49,848 nt of DNA from Myxococcota bacterium (GTDB lineage: Bacteria > Myxococcota_A > UBA9160 > UBA4427). Position 1 is the first letter of the stretch. Each line of letters begins with the position of its first letter. The notes below the pieces were generated by a model. It had not been told where the DNA came from. It saw only the letters and a list, made by a program, of their open reading frames with translations, and did no database searches. Below are positions 9,124 to 18,317 of this stretch, in pieces. Location: assembly GCA_036228265.1 (NCBI GenBank), contig JAZAOF010000075.1:1-49848 (forward strand), written 5' to 3'. The position numbers and the translations under genes are program-made.

Positions 9124-12100
9124 GACCTCGCGAGCGGAGTCGAGAAGCACACGCGGACCCGCCCCAAGCGGAGGACAGGGCGCGTAGATCTTGTGGTCCG
9201 GGCTCACGCGGAGACCCAGGTCGGGATCCTGGAGCGCGGCGACCAAGCGATCGGGGTTGAGCTTGGATGTCCCCGCCGCCTGGAAGACAAACTCGCCCCG
9301 CACGATCTCGACGGACGCAATTCCGAGTGGGCGCGCCAGGATCTTGAGGCGAATCACCCCAAGAAGATTGAGCGCCTCTTCGGCGAGGGGGCCGTAGCGG
9401 TCCAGCAACTCGTCTCGAACCCGCTCCAGGTCCTCGTCGTTTCCGGAGCCGGCCAGGCGCTTGTAGAGAACGAGCCGCTGGTTGACCTCGGGTACGTACT
9501 TTTCGGGGAGCCGTGCCGTGACCGGAAGGCGGATCTCGGGATCGATCGGAACTTCGCGAAGGTGCCCCCTCAGTTCTTCGATCGTCTCTTCCAGCATCTC
9601 CATGTACGTGTCGTAGCCGACGGCCAGTAGGTTGCCCGACTGTTCTGCACCCAGGAGGTTGCCGGCCCCGCGAATTTCGAGGTCCATGTTCGCCAGCCGA
9701 AATCCGCTCCCGAGTTCCGCCAGGTCCTGGATCGCTTCGATCCGGCGTTGGGCGTCGTGGGAAAGCGCATCCTCGGGCGGAACCAGCAGGTAGGCGTAGG
9801 CACGGTGGTTGCCGCGCCCAACGCGTCCGCGAAGTTGGTAGAGCTGGGCGAGGCCGAAGGCGTGGGCGTTGTTGATCAGGATCGTGTTGGCGCGAGGCAG
9901 GTCCAGGCCACTTTCGATGATCGTCGTGGAGAGCAGGACGTCGAATTCGCCCTTGAGGAAGGAGAGCATTCGGTCTTCCAATTGGCTCTCCTTCATCTGG
10001 CCGTGAGCGACGCACACGCGAACCTCGGGCACTGCGTTTTCGAGCAATTCCGACAGGTGGTCCAGGGTGCGGACGCGGTCGTTCACGAAAAAGACCTGGC
10101 CGCCGCGTTGAACTTCGCGGAGGATCGCATCCCGGATGAGTTCGGGGCTGGATCGGCAGACCTGGGTCCGGATCGCATAGCGATCCTCCGGCGGCGTATC
10201 GATCACCGAGAGTTCTCGGAGCCCGGTAAAAGCCATCTGCAGTGTTCGCGGGATCGGTGTTGCCGTGAGCGTGAGGACGTCCACGGTCTTCTTGAGTTTC
10301 TTGACGCGCTCCTTGTGCGCCACGCCGAAGCGGTGTTCTTCGTCGACCACGAGAAGCCCGAGGTCGCGAAACTGGATGTTCTTGTGGAGCAGGCGGTGCG
10401 TGCCGACCACCACGTCGATGACCCCCGATGCCATCCCCTCGCGAATGACCCGGGCTTCGGCCGTCGACTTGAAGCGCGAGAGGGATTCGACGCGGATGGG
10501 ATAGCCCTCGAAGCGCTCCCGAAACGTGGCCTCGTGTTGTTGGCAGAGGAGCGTCGTGGGCACGAGGATGGCTACCTGCTTGCCGTCGAGGGCCGCCCGG
10601 AAGGCCGCCCGGATGGCCACCTCGGTCTTGCCGAAGCCGACATCCCCGCACACGATTCGGTCCATGGGGCGGGACTGCTGCATGCCGCCGAGAACGTCCT
10701 CGATGGCGGCGCGCTGTCCGGGGGTCTCCTCGAAGGGAAAGCCCGCCTCGAATTCGTCGAAATACGCGTCCCGGGGCGAGAACGCGTGGCCGGTAGCCAC
10801 TTCCCGAGAGGCGTGGACCTTGAGCAGCTCGGCGGCCATGTTGCGCAGCGATTTTTTGACCCGTCCCTTGGTCCGCTCCCAGCTACCGCCGCCGAGGCGG
10901 TCGATCCGGGGTTTCAGGCCGTCGCCGGCGGCGTAGCGCTGGACCAGGTTCAGACGATCGACGGGAAGAAAAAGGCGGTCTCCGCCGAGGTATTCGATGC
11001 ACAGGAGCTCGGCGAGTCCACCGCCAGCGGCCAGCTCGAGGAGCCCGCGGTAGGTCCCGATGCCGTGTACCGCGTGAACCACGTAGTCACCGCTGGCGAG
11101 TTCGGCGAGCCCGTCGACGGCCCGCCCTTCATCCCACTGGGGCTTGCGGTGGCGTCGTTCGCGGGGGCCGAAAATCTCCTCCTCGGTCACGACGACGAGG
11201 GCGTCGCCGGGCAACGCGAAACCCTGGGCGAGGTCCGCAACGCGAACCTCGAAGCGGGCGGGTTTCGACCACTTCCAAATCGGCCGGGAATCGTTCGCCA
11301 GGTGGGTCTTGATGCCGTATCCGTCGAGCAGGGTGCGCAATCTCTCGACACCCGACAGCGAAGGGCATGCCAGCACCACGCGCCAGCGGTCGGCTCCCCA
11401 GGTCGCGAGCCGGTCGACGAGGGGCCCCAGGGCTCGGTCGGAGGTTCGTGCAATGGCCAGTTCGCGGCGGAGTTCTTCGTGGTCTGAGCTCTTCACCGGG
11501 AGGGTCGTTGCGGTGTCTGCAGCATCGACGATTTCGATTCGTTCGAGCGCCAGGTGGCGATGCTTCGAGGTTCCGGAGAGGACTTCCTCGGGAGAGAGGA
11601 AGAGTTCTCCGGGGGGAGCCACCACGCGCCCCGCCTGCTTTGCGACCGCATAGTCGCGTTCGATGTCTTCCCAGCCCTCGTTCAACCGTGCCCGCCCGGC
11701 GTCTTCATCGACCGCGATCAACTGGGTGGTCGCGGGCAGGTAGTCGAAAACCGTTTCGGATTCAGGTCGGAGCCGCGACGCCAGGGCTTCGATGCCCGGT
11801 GGCGCATGCCCGCGGAGTAGTCCCCCGACCAGGGATTCGGCCTCACCCCGAGACGCCTCGGTGTCGGCGGCAAGATCCCGGATGGCATCGGCGTGTTCAA
11901 GGACGGTTTCGCGGTCGAAAAGCAACTCCCGCGGTGGCGGGAGTGCTGCGTGGGAGAGAGTCTGCTGGGACCGCTGGCTCGCGGCGTCGAAGCTTCGGAT
12001 CGATTCGAGTTCGTCTCCGAGCAACTCGAGCCGCAAGGGCCAATCGTGTTGCGGCGGGAAGACGTCGAGAATTCCTCCGCGGACCGCGAATTCGCCTCGG

Positions 12101-12636
12101 TCTTCCACGAGAGGCATCCGGCTGTATCCCGAAGCGATGAGACGCTCGCAAAGCGCGTCCCGATCGATCGTTTGGCCGATTTCGAGGTGCACCGTGTGTG
12201 CTCGCAGCCTGTCGCGTGACGGAACCCGCAGCGCCAGGGCCGTCCAGGGGGCGACCGTGACCGGGGTCGCCCGGGAACGCGAGGAGGCCGCGACCAGCCA
12301 GCGGTACAGGCCGGCCGCTCGCTGGGCGAGAACGAAAGGCTGGGGCGAGAAGCGCTCGTAGGGCAGCGTGTCGTGGCGGGGGAAGACGTCGATCTTGGAC
12401 GTTTCCGCCTGCTCTCCCAGGAGCAGTCGCAGCTGGCCGGCAACCCGGTCGGCTTCGCGAGATCCGGAAGTGAGCACCAGCACAGAAGGCGCTGTCGAGG
12501 CGCGAACGGCCTCGGCGAGTACGGCGGTGTGAACGCCCCCACGCAGCCCGCTCACGCGAAGCGGGGTTTCGCTCTCGGATGCGAGCTGGGCGATGTCGCG
12601 AAGCGACTGGGGCAACCGGGGGTTCGTCTTCGGCAC
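9094..12636 (-). CDS. mfd: Transcription-repair coupling factor
   Basis: UvrB-like N-term (GEFAVRGGILDVFP), VVHAVHGIG RID, CGDVGFGKTEVA, DEEHRFG, QLRGRVGR, DLEIRGAGNLLG; GTG 12636 after GGAGA. Confidence 0.97.
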   Translation of the reverse strand: MPKTNPRLPQSLRDIAQLASESETPLRVSGLRGGVHTAVLAEAVRASTAPSVLVLTSGSREADRVAGQLRLLLGEQAETSKIDVFPRHDTLPYERFSPQPFVLAQRAAGLYRWLVAASSRSRATPVTVAPWTALALRVPSRDRLRAHTVHLEIGQTIDRDALCERLIASGYSRMPLVEDRGEFAVRGGILDVFPPQHDWPLRLELLGDELESIRSFDAASQRSQQTLSHAALPPPRELLFDRETVLEHADAIRDLAADTEASRGEAESLVGGLLRGHAPPGIEALASRLRPESETVFDYLPATTQLIAVDEDAGRARLNEGWEDIERDYAVAKQAGRVVAPPGELFLSPEEVLSGTSKHRHLALERIEIVDAADTATTLPVKSSDHEELRRELAIARTSDRALGPLVDRLATWGADRWRVVLACPSLSGVERLRTLLDGYGIKTHLANDSRPIWKWSKPARFEVRVADLAQGFALPGDALVVVTEEEIFGPRERRHRKPQWDEGRAVDGLAELASGDYVVHAVHGIGTYRGLLELAAGGGLAELLCIEYLGGDRLFLPVDRLNLVQRYAAGDGLKPRIDRLGGGSWERTKGRVKKSLRNMAAELLKVHASREVATGHAFSPRDAYFDEFEAGFPFEETPGQRAAIEDVLGGMQQSRPMDRIVCGDVGFGKTEVAIRAAFRAALDGKQVAILVPTTLLCQQHEATFRERFEGYPIRVESLSRFKSTAEARVIREGMASGVIDVVVGTHRLLHKNIQFRDLGLLVVDEEHRFGVAHKERVKKLKKTVDVLTLTATPIPRTLQMAFTGLRELSVIDTPPEDRYAIRTQVCRSSPELIRDAILREVQRGGQVFFVNDRVRTLDHLSELLENAVPEVRVCVAHGQMKESQLEDRMLSFLKGEFDVLLSTTIIESGLDLPRANTILINNAHAFGLAQLYQLRGRVGRGNHRAYAYLLVPPEDALSHDAQRRIEAIQDLAELGSGFRLANMDLEIRGAGNLLGAEQSGNLLAVGYDTYMEMLEETIEELRGHLREVPIDPEIRLPVTARLPEKYVPEVNQRLVLYKRLAGSGNDEDLERVRDELLDRYGPLAEEALNLLGVIRLKILARPLGIASVEIVRGEFVFQAAGTSKLNPDRLVAALQDPDLGLRVSPDHKIYAPCPPLGAGPRVLLDSAREVLLRLGGFAS

Positions 12637-12710
12637 GTGGATCGATCTCCGAACGCAGAAAAGCCGCGACGCAGCGAGTTTCGAGCGCTGCGCCCGGTCT
12701 GGGTCGAAGT

Positions 12711-13877
12711 CTAGCCCGCTTCGACGCGAAGACCCCGAGACCGGCTTTGCTCCACTGCGTCGACGGTGAAGCGCGCGAGCGTGCGAGCGAGCGGCGCGGA
12801 GGCGTGGTGCCGCTCGAGATGAGCGCGACCCTCGCGACCGATTCGCGATGCCATCTCCGGGTGGCGGCGCAGCCAACGCAAGCCATCGGCGAGGGACTCG
12901 GCGCCAGCACGGCGAGGGAGAAGCCAGGCATTGCGGGCGTGTTCGAAGCCGTCGGCGATCCCTTCGTGGGCGAGGATGGGTCGACCACTCTCCATGTAGT
13001 TGAGGAGCTTGACCGGGAATCCCCCGGGCCGGGTGCGCGTCGCCACGAGTTCCCCCGCGGCGAAGGTGAGGGCCCGCAGTTCCTCGAAATTCGAGACCTC
13101 GAAGAAACGCAGCGCGGCTCCGAGGTTCGCCGGCAGCCCGCGGGGGTCGTGGCTGGCCACGAGAATCGGGTGATCGGCATCTGCTAGCCGTTGGGCCGCC
13201 TGGGCGAGCCGGGGTAGGTCCTGGTAGGGGTCGAGGTTTCCCGCGTAGAGGCTGAACGCCCCCGGAACCACGCCGGCCCGAACACAGGCTCGCGAGCGGC
13301 TTTCGTTCGAAGGGGCCGGAGACGGGTCGAGAGCCGGGGGAACGAGCGCTACGGGGCCTCTTGCGTGCGGAGCCAGTTCGGCGCGCGCATCTTCGCACAG
13401 CACCACGAGGGCGTCGGCGTAACGCGCCAGGAGTCGGTCCACCTGGCCGCCCAGCGCGTCGATCGGGGGGGCGGTTGCGGCGGGGCCGTAGCAGGAAAGC
13501 TCCCGGCGCATCAGCGTATGCGCCACATAGATCACGGGCACTTTGATGGCGGGCCGCACCGCGAGAGCGATGGCCGCGGCCTCGGCATTGTGTGCGAGGA
13601 CGACGTCGAAGGGATTCGCGCCATGCAGCTCGAGGAATTTTCGGGCCAGGGCCAGGTCGGCCAGGGGTTTGCGCCACTGGGGTCCCGAGCGGGGATTCCG
13701 GGGTTTCCAGCGCGGAGCGATGGCATGGCATTCGAGGCCGGGTGTCTCGTCACCGCCATAGGAAAGGATGGAGATGTTCAGGCCTTCGCAAATCAGTGCG
13801 CGCGCCAGTGTCTCGGCGTAAACCTGGGAACCCTGGAAGTGGGGAAAGGCAAAGGCCCCCAGCAGCGCGCAGCGCAC
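12711..13877 (-). CDS. Glycosyltransferase family 4 (GT-B)
   Basis: FPHFQGSQVY N-term, YAGNLDPYQ, GFPVKLLNYMESGRPIL; GTG start at 13877 just after GT2 stop. Confidence 0.85.
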   Translation of the reverse strand: MRCALLGAFAFPHFQGSQVYAETLARALICEGLNISILSYGGDETPGLECHAIAPRWKPRNPRSGPQWRKPLADLALARKFLELHGANPFDVVLAHNAEAAAIALAVRPAIKVPVIYVAHTLMRRELSCYGPAATAPPIDALGGQVDRLLARYADALVVLCEDARAELAPHARGPVALVPPALDPSPAPSNESRSRACVRAGVVPGAFSLYAGNLDPYQDLPRLAQAAQRLADADHPILVASHDPRGLPANLGAALRFFEVSNFEELRALTFAAGELVATRTRPGGFPVKLLNYMESGRPILAHEGIADGFEHARNAWLLPRRAGAESLADGLRWLRRHPEMASRIGREGRAHLERHHASAPLARTLARFTVDAVEQSRSRGLRVEAG

Positions 13878-13879
13878 GC

Positions 13880-14590
13880 CTAGCGACTTCGCAGGTCGCG
13901 GTAGAGCGCACAGAGTTCGACGACCGCGCGAATCACTACCCGGGGGCGCGCACCGCTTTGCCGCCCCCTCGTTCGTCGCCGGTGGGTGACCGGTACCTGG
14001 TGGATGCGGAAACCCGCGGCCCGCGAGCGAACGAGAATTTCGGTGTTGATGAATGCCCCGATGGCGGCCAGGGGAATGGTTTCGAGAACCTCGCGCCGAA
14101 AGATCTTGAAGGCGCAGTCGATGTCTCGCACCGAGAGAGCGAAAACGACCCGCACCAGGGAACCCCAAGCCCACGCGATCCATGCGCGTGGCCAGGGGTC
14201 GCGACGGGGGCTGCGGTAGCCGGCCACGATGTCGAAATTTTCGCTGTGCTCCAGCAGTTTCTCGATTTCGCTGAGGTCGAACTGCAGATCGGCGTCGCTG
14301 AAGAAGACGAGATCGCCTCGGGCCTCGCGCAGACCACTGCGCAGAGCGGATCCGTAGCCGCCGTTGGTGTCGTGATAGACCGCGCGAATCCGCGTGTGCT
14401 GTCGGCACCAGCGGTCGATCAGCTGCCGGCTGCCATCCCGGGAGCCGTCGTCGACGAGTATGATTTCGAAGTCGGGTGCGAGCCGAGCGGCCGTTTGGAG
14501 CGCGGACGTCAGGAGGGGGCCCAGGTTCTCCGCCTCGTCGAAGACGGGAAAGACCAGTGAAAGCGCGGGCTGGTTCGAGTCGGGATTCAT
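13880..14590 (-). CDS. Glycosyltransferase family 2 (dolichol/polyprenol-phosphate mannosyltransferase-like)
   Basis: SLVFPVFDEAEN, VDDGSRD, NGGYGSAL, SDADLQF (DxD), DIDCAFKIF. Confidence 0.92.
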   Translation of the reverse strand: MNPDSNQPALSLVFPVFDEAENLGPLLTSALQTAARLAPDFEIILVDDGSRDGSRQLIDRWCRQHTRIRAVYHDTNGGYGSALRSGLREARGDLVFFSDADLQFDLSEIEKLLEHSENFDIVAGYRSPRRDPWPRAWIAWAWGSLVRVVFALSVRDIDCAFKIFRREVLETIPLAAIGAFINTEILVRSRAAGFRIHQVPVTHRRRTRGRQSGARPRVVIRAVVELCALYRDLRSR

Positions 14591-16272
14591 TCGAGATAAC
14601 CCAGTGCGCGCAGTCGAGCGGCGACCCGCGCATCCTCCTCGGGGCTGTAGTCTGGCGCAATCGGCCCGGGGTTGCGCCCATCCCCATCGGCCTTGTCTGC
14701 ACCGGGCAGCCCCATGGCCGCCAGGACCGCTGGCGCAACGTGGCGGAGGCGAGGCGTTTCGAGGTCGCCGAAGCGGGCCCGCGCTCCTTCTCCGGTCGCG
14801 ATCAGGATCCCGTCGCGGCGGTGGGTTCCGTTCATGCCGCGCCCCCGCCCCCCGCCGAATTCGGCCGGGTCGAGGCGGCGGACCGGGGGCGGAGTTGCGG
14901 TGTCGGTGGGCGTGGGCACGAGGGACAAGCCATAGCCGGCATCCAGGCCGAGCTCGAAGACGACATCGGGGGCGCGATCGGCGAAGGGCGGGGTGTAGAC
15001 TTGTTCGCGGCGCCTTGCTCTTGCGACCACGGGTTCGCCTCCCGGGAGCTTCCAGTCGAGAAGTGCGCGAATCACATCTTCGCAAGCGCGCTCGTAATCG
15101 CTCGAAGCCACGCAGCCCCTGGCTTCGCGCCCGCGCAAGTTGATCCACACGCCCGGATTCGTGTTGGCCTCTTCGCTGAAGGCCAGGGTTCGATCCCAGT
15201 CGAGCCCGCCGAAGCGGGCGGCACTTTCCAGGCGCGCCGCCGCCGAAGGGGCCTGTCGGAAGACGCGTTGGGCGGCGGTCGCCGGCAGCGTGCGCAATGC
15301 GAGGTCGCGAAGCCCGCGGGCCACGCGGTCGGCCCGAGTGGCCGATTTCGTCCGAGCGACGAGCAGCCCGCATTCGGCAAGGCGCGCGTTGACATGCACC
15401 ACGTGCGCACCGGCCGGGCCCATGCCGTGATCCGAGACGACGGCGCAAAACGCGTCGGGACCGTAGGCTGCGCGGATCTCCCCACAAGCCGCGTCGAGTT
15501 TCTCGTACACGGAGTCGATCGCGCCCTTGCGGGTCGCGCTGGCTCGTGGATCGTGGCGCGGCGATTCGGGGTCGAAATCGCGAAAGTAGTGATGGCCCAC
15601 GGTATCGCTCTCGGAGAAAACGATCGTCATGAGATCCGGGCGGTGTCCGTCCCTCGCCTTCATCTGCCCCAGGGCTTCGAGCGCGAAGGCCGTCTTGCGC
15701 TCGATGCGAGAGAGAAGCGTGCCGACGGCCCGCTCGTGGAATTCTTCGCCGACCGCGTTCTCATCGAGTTCGGGTCGCATCCACGGTCCCGCCCGCGCGG
15801 CGACCTGGCGGTAGAACTCGGGGTCGCTCGCCGAGCGTGCGTCGGTTCCGACCGATACCGGCGCGTCGAATCCCGAGACCAGCAACCCGTTCACCGGCTC
15901 GGGCGGAAAGGTGGCGGGCATGCCGAGGACCAGGACTCGTCCGCCGGCCTGGCTTGTGCGGGCGAACAGGGAGGAGCCGTGGCGATGACCGGCGTGGGTG
16001 AAACGCAGCCGGTAGGCGCCGGCCACTTTCTGGGTGAAATCGAAGATGCCGTGCTGGCCGGGTTCGAGACCCGTCATGAACGTCGACCAGGCGGGAAAGG
16101 TGACCGGGGGACACGTGCTGCGCAGGGGGGCCGCGACGCCGTCCGCCATCCATTGCGCCAGGTGGGGGAGTCGACCGGCTCGCGCGAGGGGCCGGATCAC
16201 CTCGAAGCTGGCCCCGTCGAGTGCCAGCACGAGGGCCGGCTTGAGACCGGGCGATCCCCTGGATGCGCTCAT
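14587..16272 (-). CDS. Alkaline-phosphatase-superfamily nucleotide pyrophosphatase/phosphodiesterase-like protein
   Basis: LALDGA, STCPPVTFPAWSTF (Thr nucleophile), DTVGHH, VVSDHG, GTHRRDG, C-terminal RLRALGYLE. Confidence 0.88.
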   Translation of the reverse strand: MSASRGSPGLKPALVLALDGASFEVIRPLARAGRLPHLAQWMADGVAAPLRSTCPPVTFPAWSTFMTGLEPGQHGIFDFTQKVAGAYRLRFTHAGHRHGSSLFARTSQAGGRVLVLGMPATFPPEPVNGLLVSGFDAPVSVGTDARSASDPEFYRQVAARAGPWMRPELDENAVGEEFHERAVGTLLSRIERKTAFALEALGQMKARDGHRPDLMTIVFSESDTVGHHYFRDFDPESPRHDPRASATRKGAIDSVYEKLDAACGEIRAAYGPDAFCAVVSDHGMGPAGAHVVHVNARLAECGLLVARTKSATRADRVARGLRDLALRTLPATAAQRVFRQAPSAAARLESAARFGGLDWDRTLAFSEEANTNPGVWINLRGREARGCVASSDYERACEDVIRALLDWKLPGGEPVVARARRREQVYTPPFADRAPDVVFELGLDAGYGLSLVPTPTDTATPPPVRRLDPAEFGGGRGRGMNGTHRRDGILIATGEGARARFGDLETPRLRHVAPAVLAAMGLPGADKADGDGRNPGPIAPDYSPEEDARVAARLRALGYLE

Positions 16273-16468
16273 CGTCCCTCGAGAGGGCCAGATCCGGGCC
16301 GGGTCGACATCGCGGGGGTGTCCTCCTATATTCGGCGCCCCTCGCTGGCCTTGGTGTGGCGGGGCTCAGCCCGTGGGCACACCTGGCACGCGCCGTGAGC
16401 CCCTCGGGTCTACAAGGATAGGGCACGCGGAGCCGGATAGACCGGCTGGGAATCGGAGGAAATCTCTC

Positions 16469-17113
16469 GTGGCGATCGAGTTCATGTGCCGAAAGCTCGG
16501 CATGACGCAGCTCTTCGAGGACTCCGGCGCTTGCGTGTCGGTGACCGTTCTCGAGGCCGCGCCCAATGTCGTCGTCCAGAAGAAGACCGGCGAGACCGAT
16601 GGCTACGACGCCGTCCAACTTGGCCAGGGAGCGCGCCGGACCAACCTCTTCTCGCGCCCCGAGCGGGGTCACTTCGAGAAAGCCAGTGTCGAACCTCGGC
16701 GTTATCTCCGCGAGAGCCGCCTGACCGCCGACGAGGCCGAAGCCTACGAAGTCGGCCAGGAAATTTCGTGCGACCATTTCGAGGCCGGGAGTCGCGTGGA
16801 CGTGATTGGGACCTCCAAGGGTCGGGGAACGGCGGGCGTGGTGAAGCGTCACGGTTTTGCGATCAAGAAGCGAACCCACGGTACCCACGAGGCCTTCCGT
16901 CAGCCCGGCGCCGTCGGCGCGGGGGCTTACCCCGGTCGCGTCATCAAGGGCATGAGCATGGCCGGGCGCATGGGAAACGAGCGCGTCACCGTCCGGAATC
17001 TCCAGGTGGTGAAGGTCGATAGCGAACGGAATCTGCTGTTCGTGCGAGGCGCGGTTCCGGGCCACAACGACGGCCTGGTCCGGGTTCGCAATGCCGTCTC
17101 CGCGGGCCGCTAG
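16469..17113 (+). CDS. rplC: 50S ribosomal protein L3
   Basis: KLGMTQLF, DGYDAVQLG, VDVIGTSKGRG.AGVVKRHGF, MAGRMG, VRGAVPG; RBS GGAGG before GTG. Confidence 0.97.
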   Translation: MAIEFMCRKLGMTQLFEDSGACVSVTVLEAAPNVVVQKKTGETDGYDAVQLGQGARRTNLFSRPERGHFEKASVEPRRYLRESRLTADEAEAYEVGQEISCDHFEAGSRVDVIGTSKGRGTAGVVKRHGFAIKKRTHGTHEAFRQPGAVGAGAYPGRVIKGMSMAGRMGNERVTVRNLQVVKVDSERNLLFVRGAVPGHNDGLVRVRNAVSAGR

Positions 17114-17115
17114 CC

Positions 17116-17748
17116 GCGGCGCGCTACCAGCGAAAAGACGGTTACCACCAGCGGGCCAAGAACGAGGGCTTTCGCTCTCGCGCGGTCTACAAGCTGGCGG
17201 AGATCCAGCAAAAGCACCGCCTCCTACGGCGGGGCCAGCGCGTAGCCGATCTCGGCTGCTGGCCGGGCGGTTGGCTACAGCGCGCCGCCGCCGATGTGGG
17301 TGCTTCGGGCCGTGTCGTTGGAATTGATCGCGCACCCGTGGACCCTCCCCTGGCCCTTCCGAACGTGGTCGCACTCGAGGGCGACCTCGGCGATTCGGGA
17401 ACCGCGTCGCGCCTCATCGAAGCCCTTGGAGGCGTTGCCGACGTCGTGCTCTCCGACGCCGCCCCGAAGTTGACCGGGATCCGCGACCGGGACCGAGCCG
17501 CGGAAGAGGACCTCCTTTGTGCCGTCGAGGCGCTCTTGCCCGCGCTTTTGCGCCCGGGCGGGGACCTGCTTCTGAAGATCCTCGAAGGCCCCGAGGCCCA
17601 GGAGGTGGACCGCCGAATTCGGAAGCTCTTTGCCAGCGCCAAGACGGTCAAGGTTCGGGCAACCCGAAAGGGGAGCAGCGAGCGCTATTTGCTGGCGCGC
17701 AAATTCCGACCGCCGGGCGACCCTCGCGAGGCGGCTCCTCCGGGGTAG
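17116..17748 (+). CDS. rlmE: 23S rRNA U2552 2'-O-methyltransferase RlmE/FtsJ (no canonical start codon in frame)
   Basis: Frame from 17116 reads [27 protein letters not shown]...DLGCWPGGW...VLSDAAP...LKI...SSERY (K-D-K-E tetrad). Confidence 0.9.
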   Translation, partial: AARYQRKDGYHQRAKNEGFRSRAVYKLAEIQQKHRLLRRGQRVADLGCWPGGWLQRAAADVGASGRVVGIDRAPVDPPLALPNVVALEGDLGDSGTASRLIEALGGVADVVLSDAAPKLTGIRDRDRAAEEDLLCAVEALLPALLRPGGDLLLKILEGPEAQEVDRRIRKLFASAKTVKVRATRKGSSERYLLARKFRPPGDPREAAPPG

Positions 17749-17804
17749 ACTGGGCGCCCTCGCCGCGCGCGGGTGTGCGCGTTCTCGCCAGAAAGGAATC
17801 CCCC

Positions 17805-18293
17805 ATGTCCGAAAAACGACCCTTCCAGGTTCTTGGCTTGCAGCAGATTGCCGTCGGAGGCCTCGACAAGAGCGCCCTGCGCCGTTTCTGGATCGACATC
17901 CTGGGGCTCACGCCCACCGGGACCTACCGGAGCGAAAAAGAGAATGTCGACGAAGATATCGCCGTGGCGGGCACAGGCCCCTTCAAGGTCGAAGTCGACC
18001 TGATGCAGCCGATCGATCCCGAAAAGCGCCCGAAGGTTCACGAGCCCGCTCTCAACCACGTGGGTCTTTGGATCGATGATCTCGCGAAGGCGGTCGACTG
18101 GCTGACCGAGCAGGGCGTGCGCTTTACGCCGGGGGGGATCCGCAAGGGAGCCGCGGGCTTCGACGTCTGCTTCATCCACCCAAAGGGAAACGACGAGTCT
18201 CCCATCGGTTCCGAGGGCGTACTCGTCGAGCTCGTCCAGGCTCCCGACGAAGTCCTCGAGGCCTTCCGAGCGGTTGCGGGACACTCGGGTTGA
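17805..18293 (+). CDS. VOC/glyoxalase family protein, methylmalonyl-CoA epimerase-like
   Basis: [31 protein letters not shown]; RBS AAGGA. Confidence 0.85.
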   Translation: MSEKRPFQVLGLQQIAVGGLDKSALRRFWIDILGLTPTGTYRSEKENVDEDIAVAGTGPFKVEVDLMQPIDPEKRPKVHEPALNHVGLWIDDLAKAVDWLTEQGVRFTPGGIRKGAAGFDVCFIHPKGNDESPIGSEGVLVELVQAPDEVLEAFRAVAGHSG

Positions 18294-18317
18294 GTCGAGA
18301 AGGGGGCTGGCTTTCGC

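Noticed and set aside
9094-15487. Extended ORFs for mfd (1545 aa), GT4 (675 aa) and GT2 (535 aa) as fusions
   Set aside because: Extensions are alternative-frame readings of upstream genes; motif-consistent starts exist at 12636, 13877 and 14590
16383-16398. sigma54 promoter for rplC (CTGGCACGCGCCGTGA)
   Set aside because: Perfect -24 box but -12 reads GTGA rather than TTGC; not supportable without data
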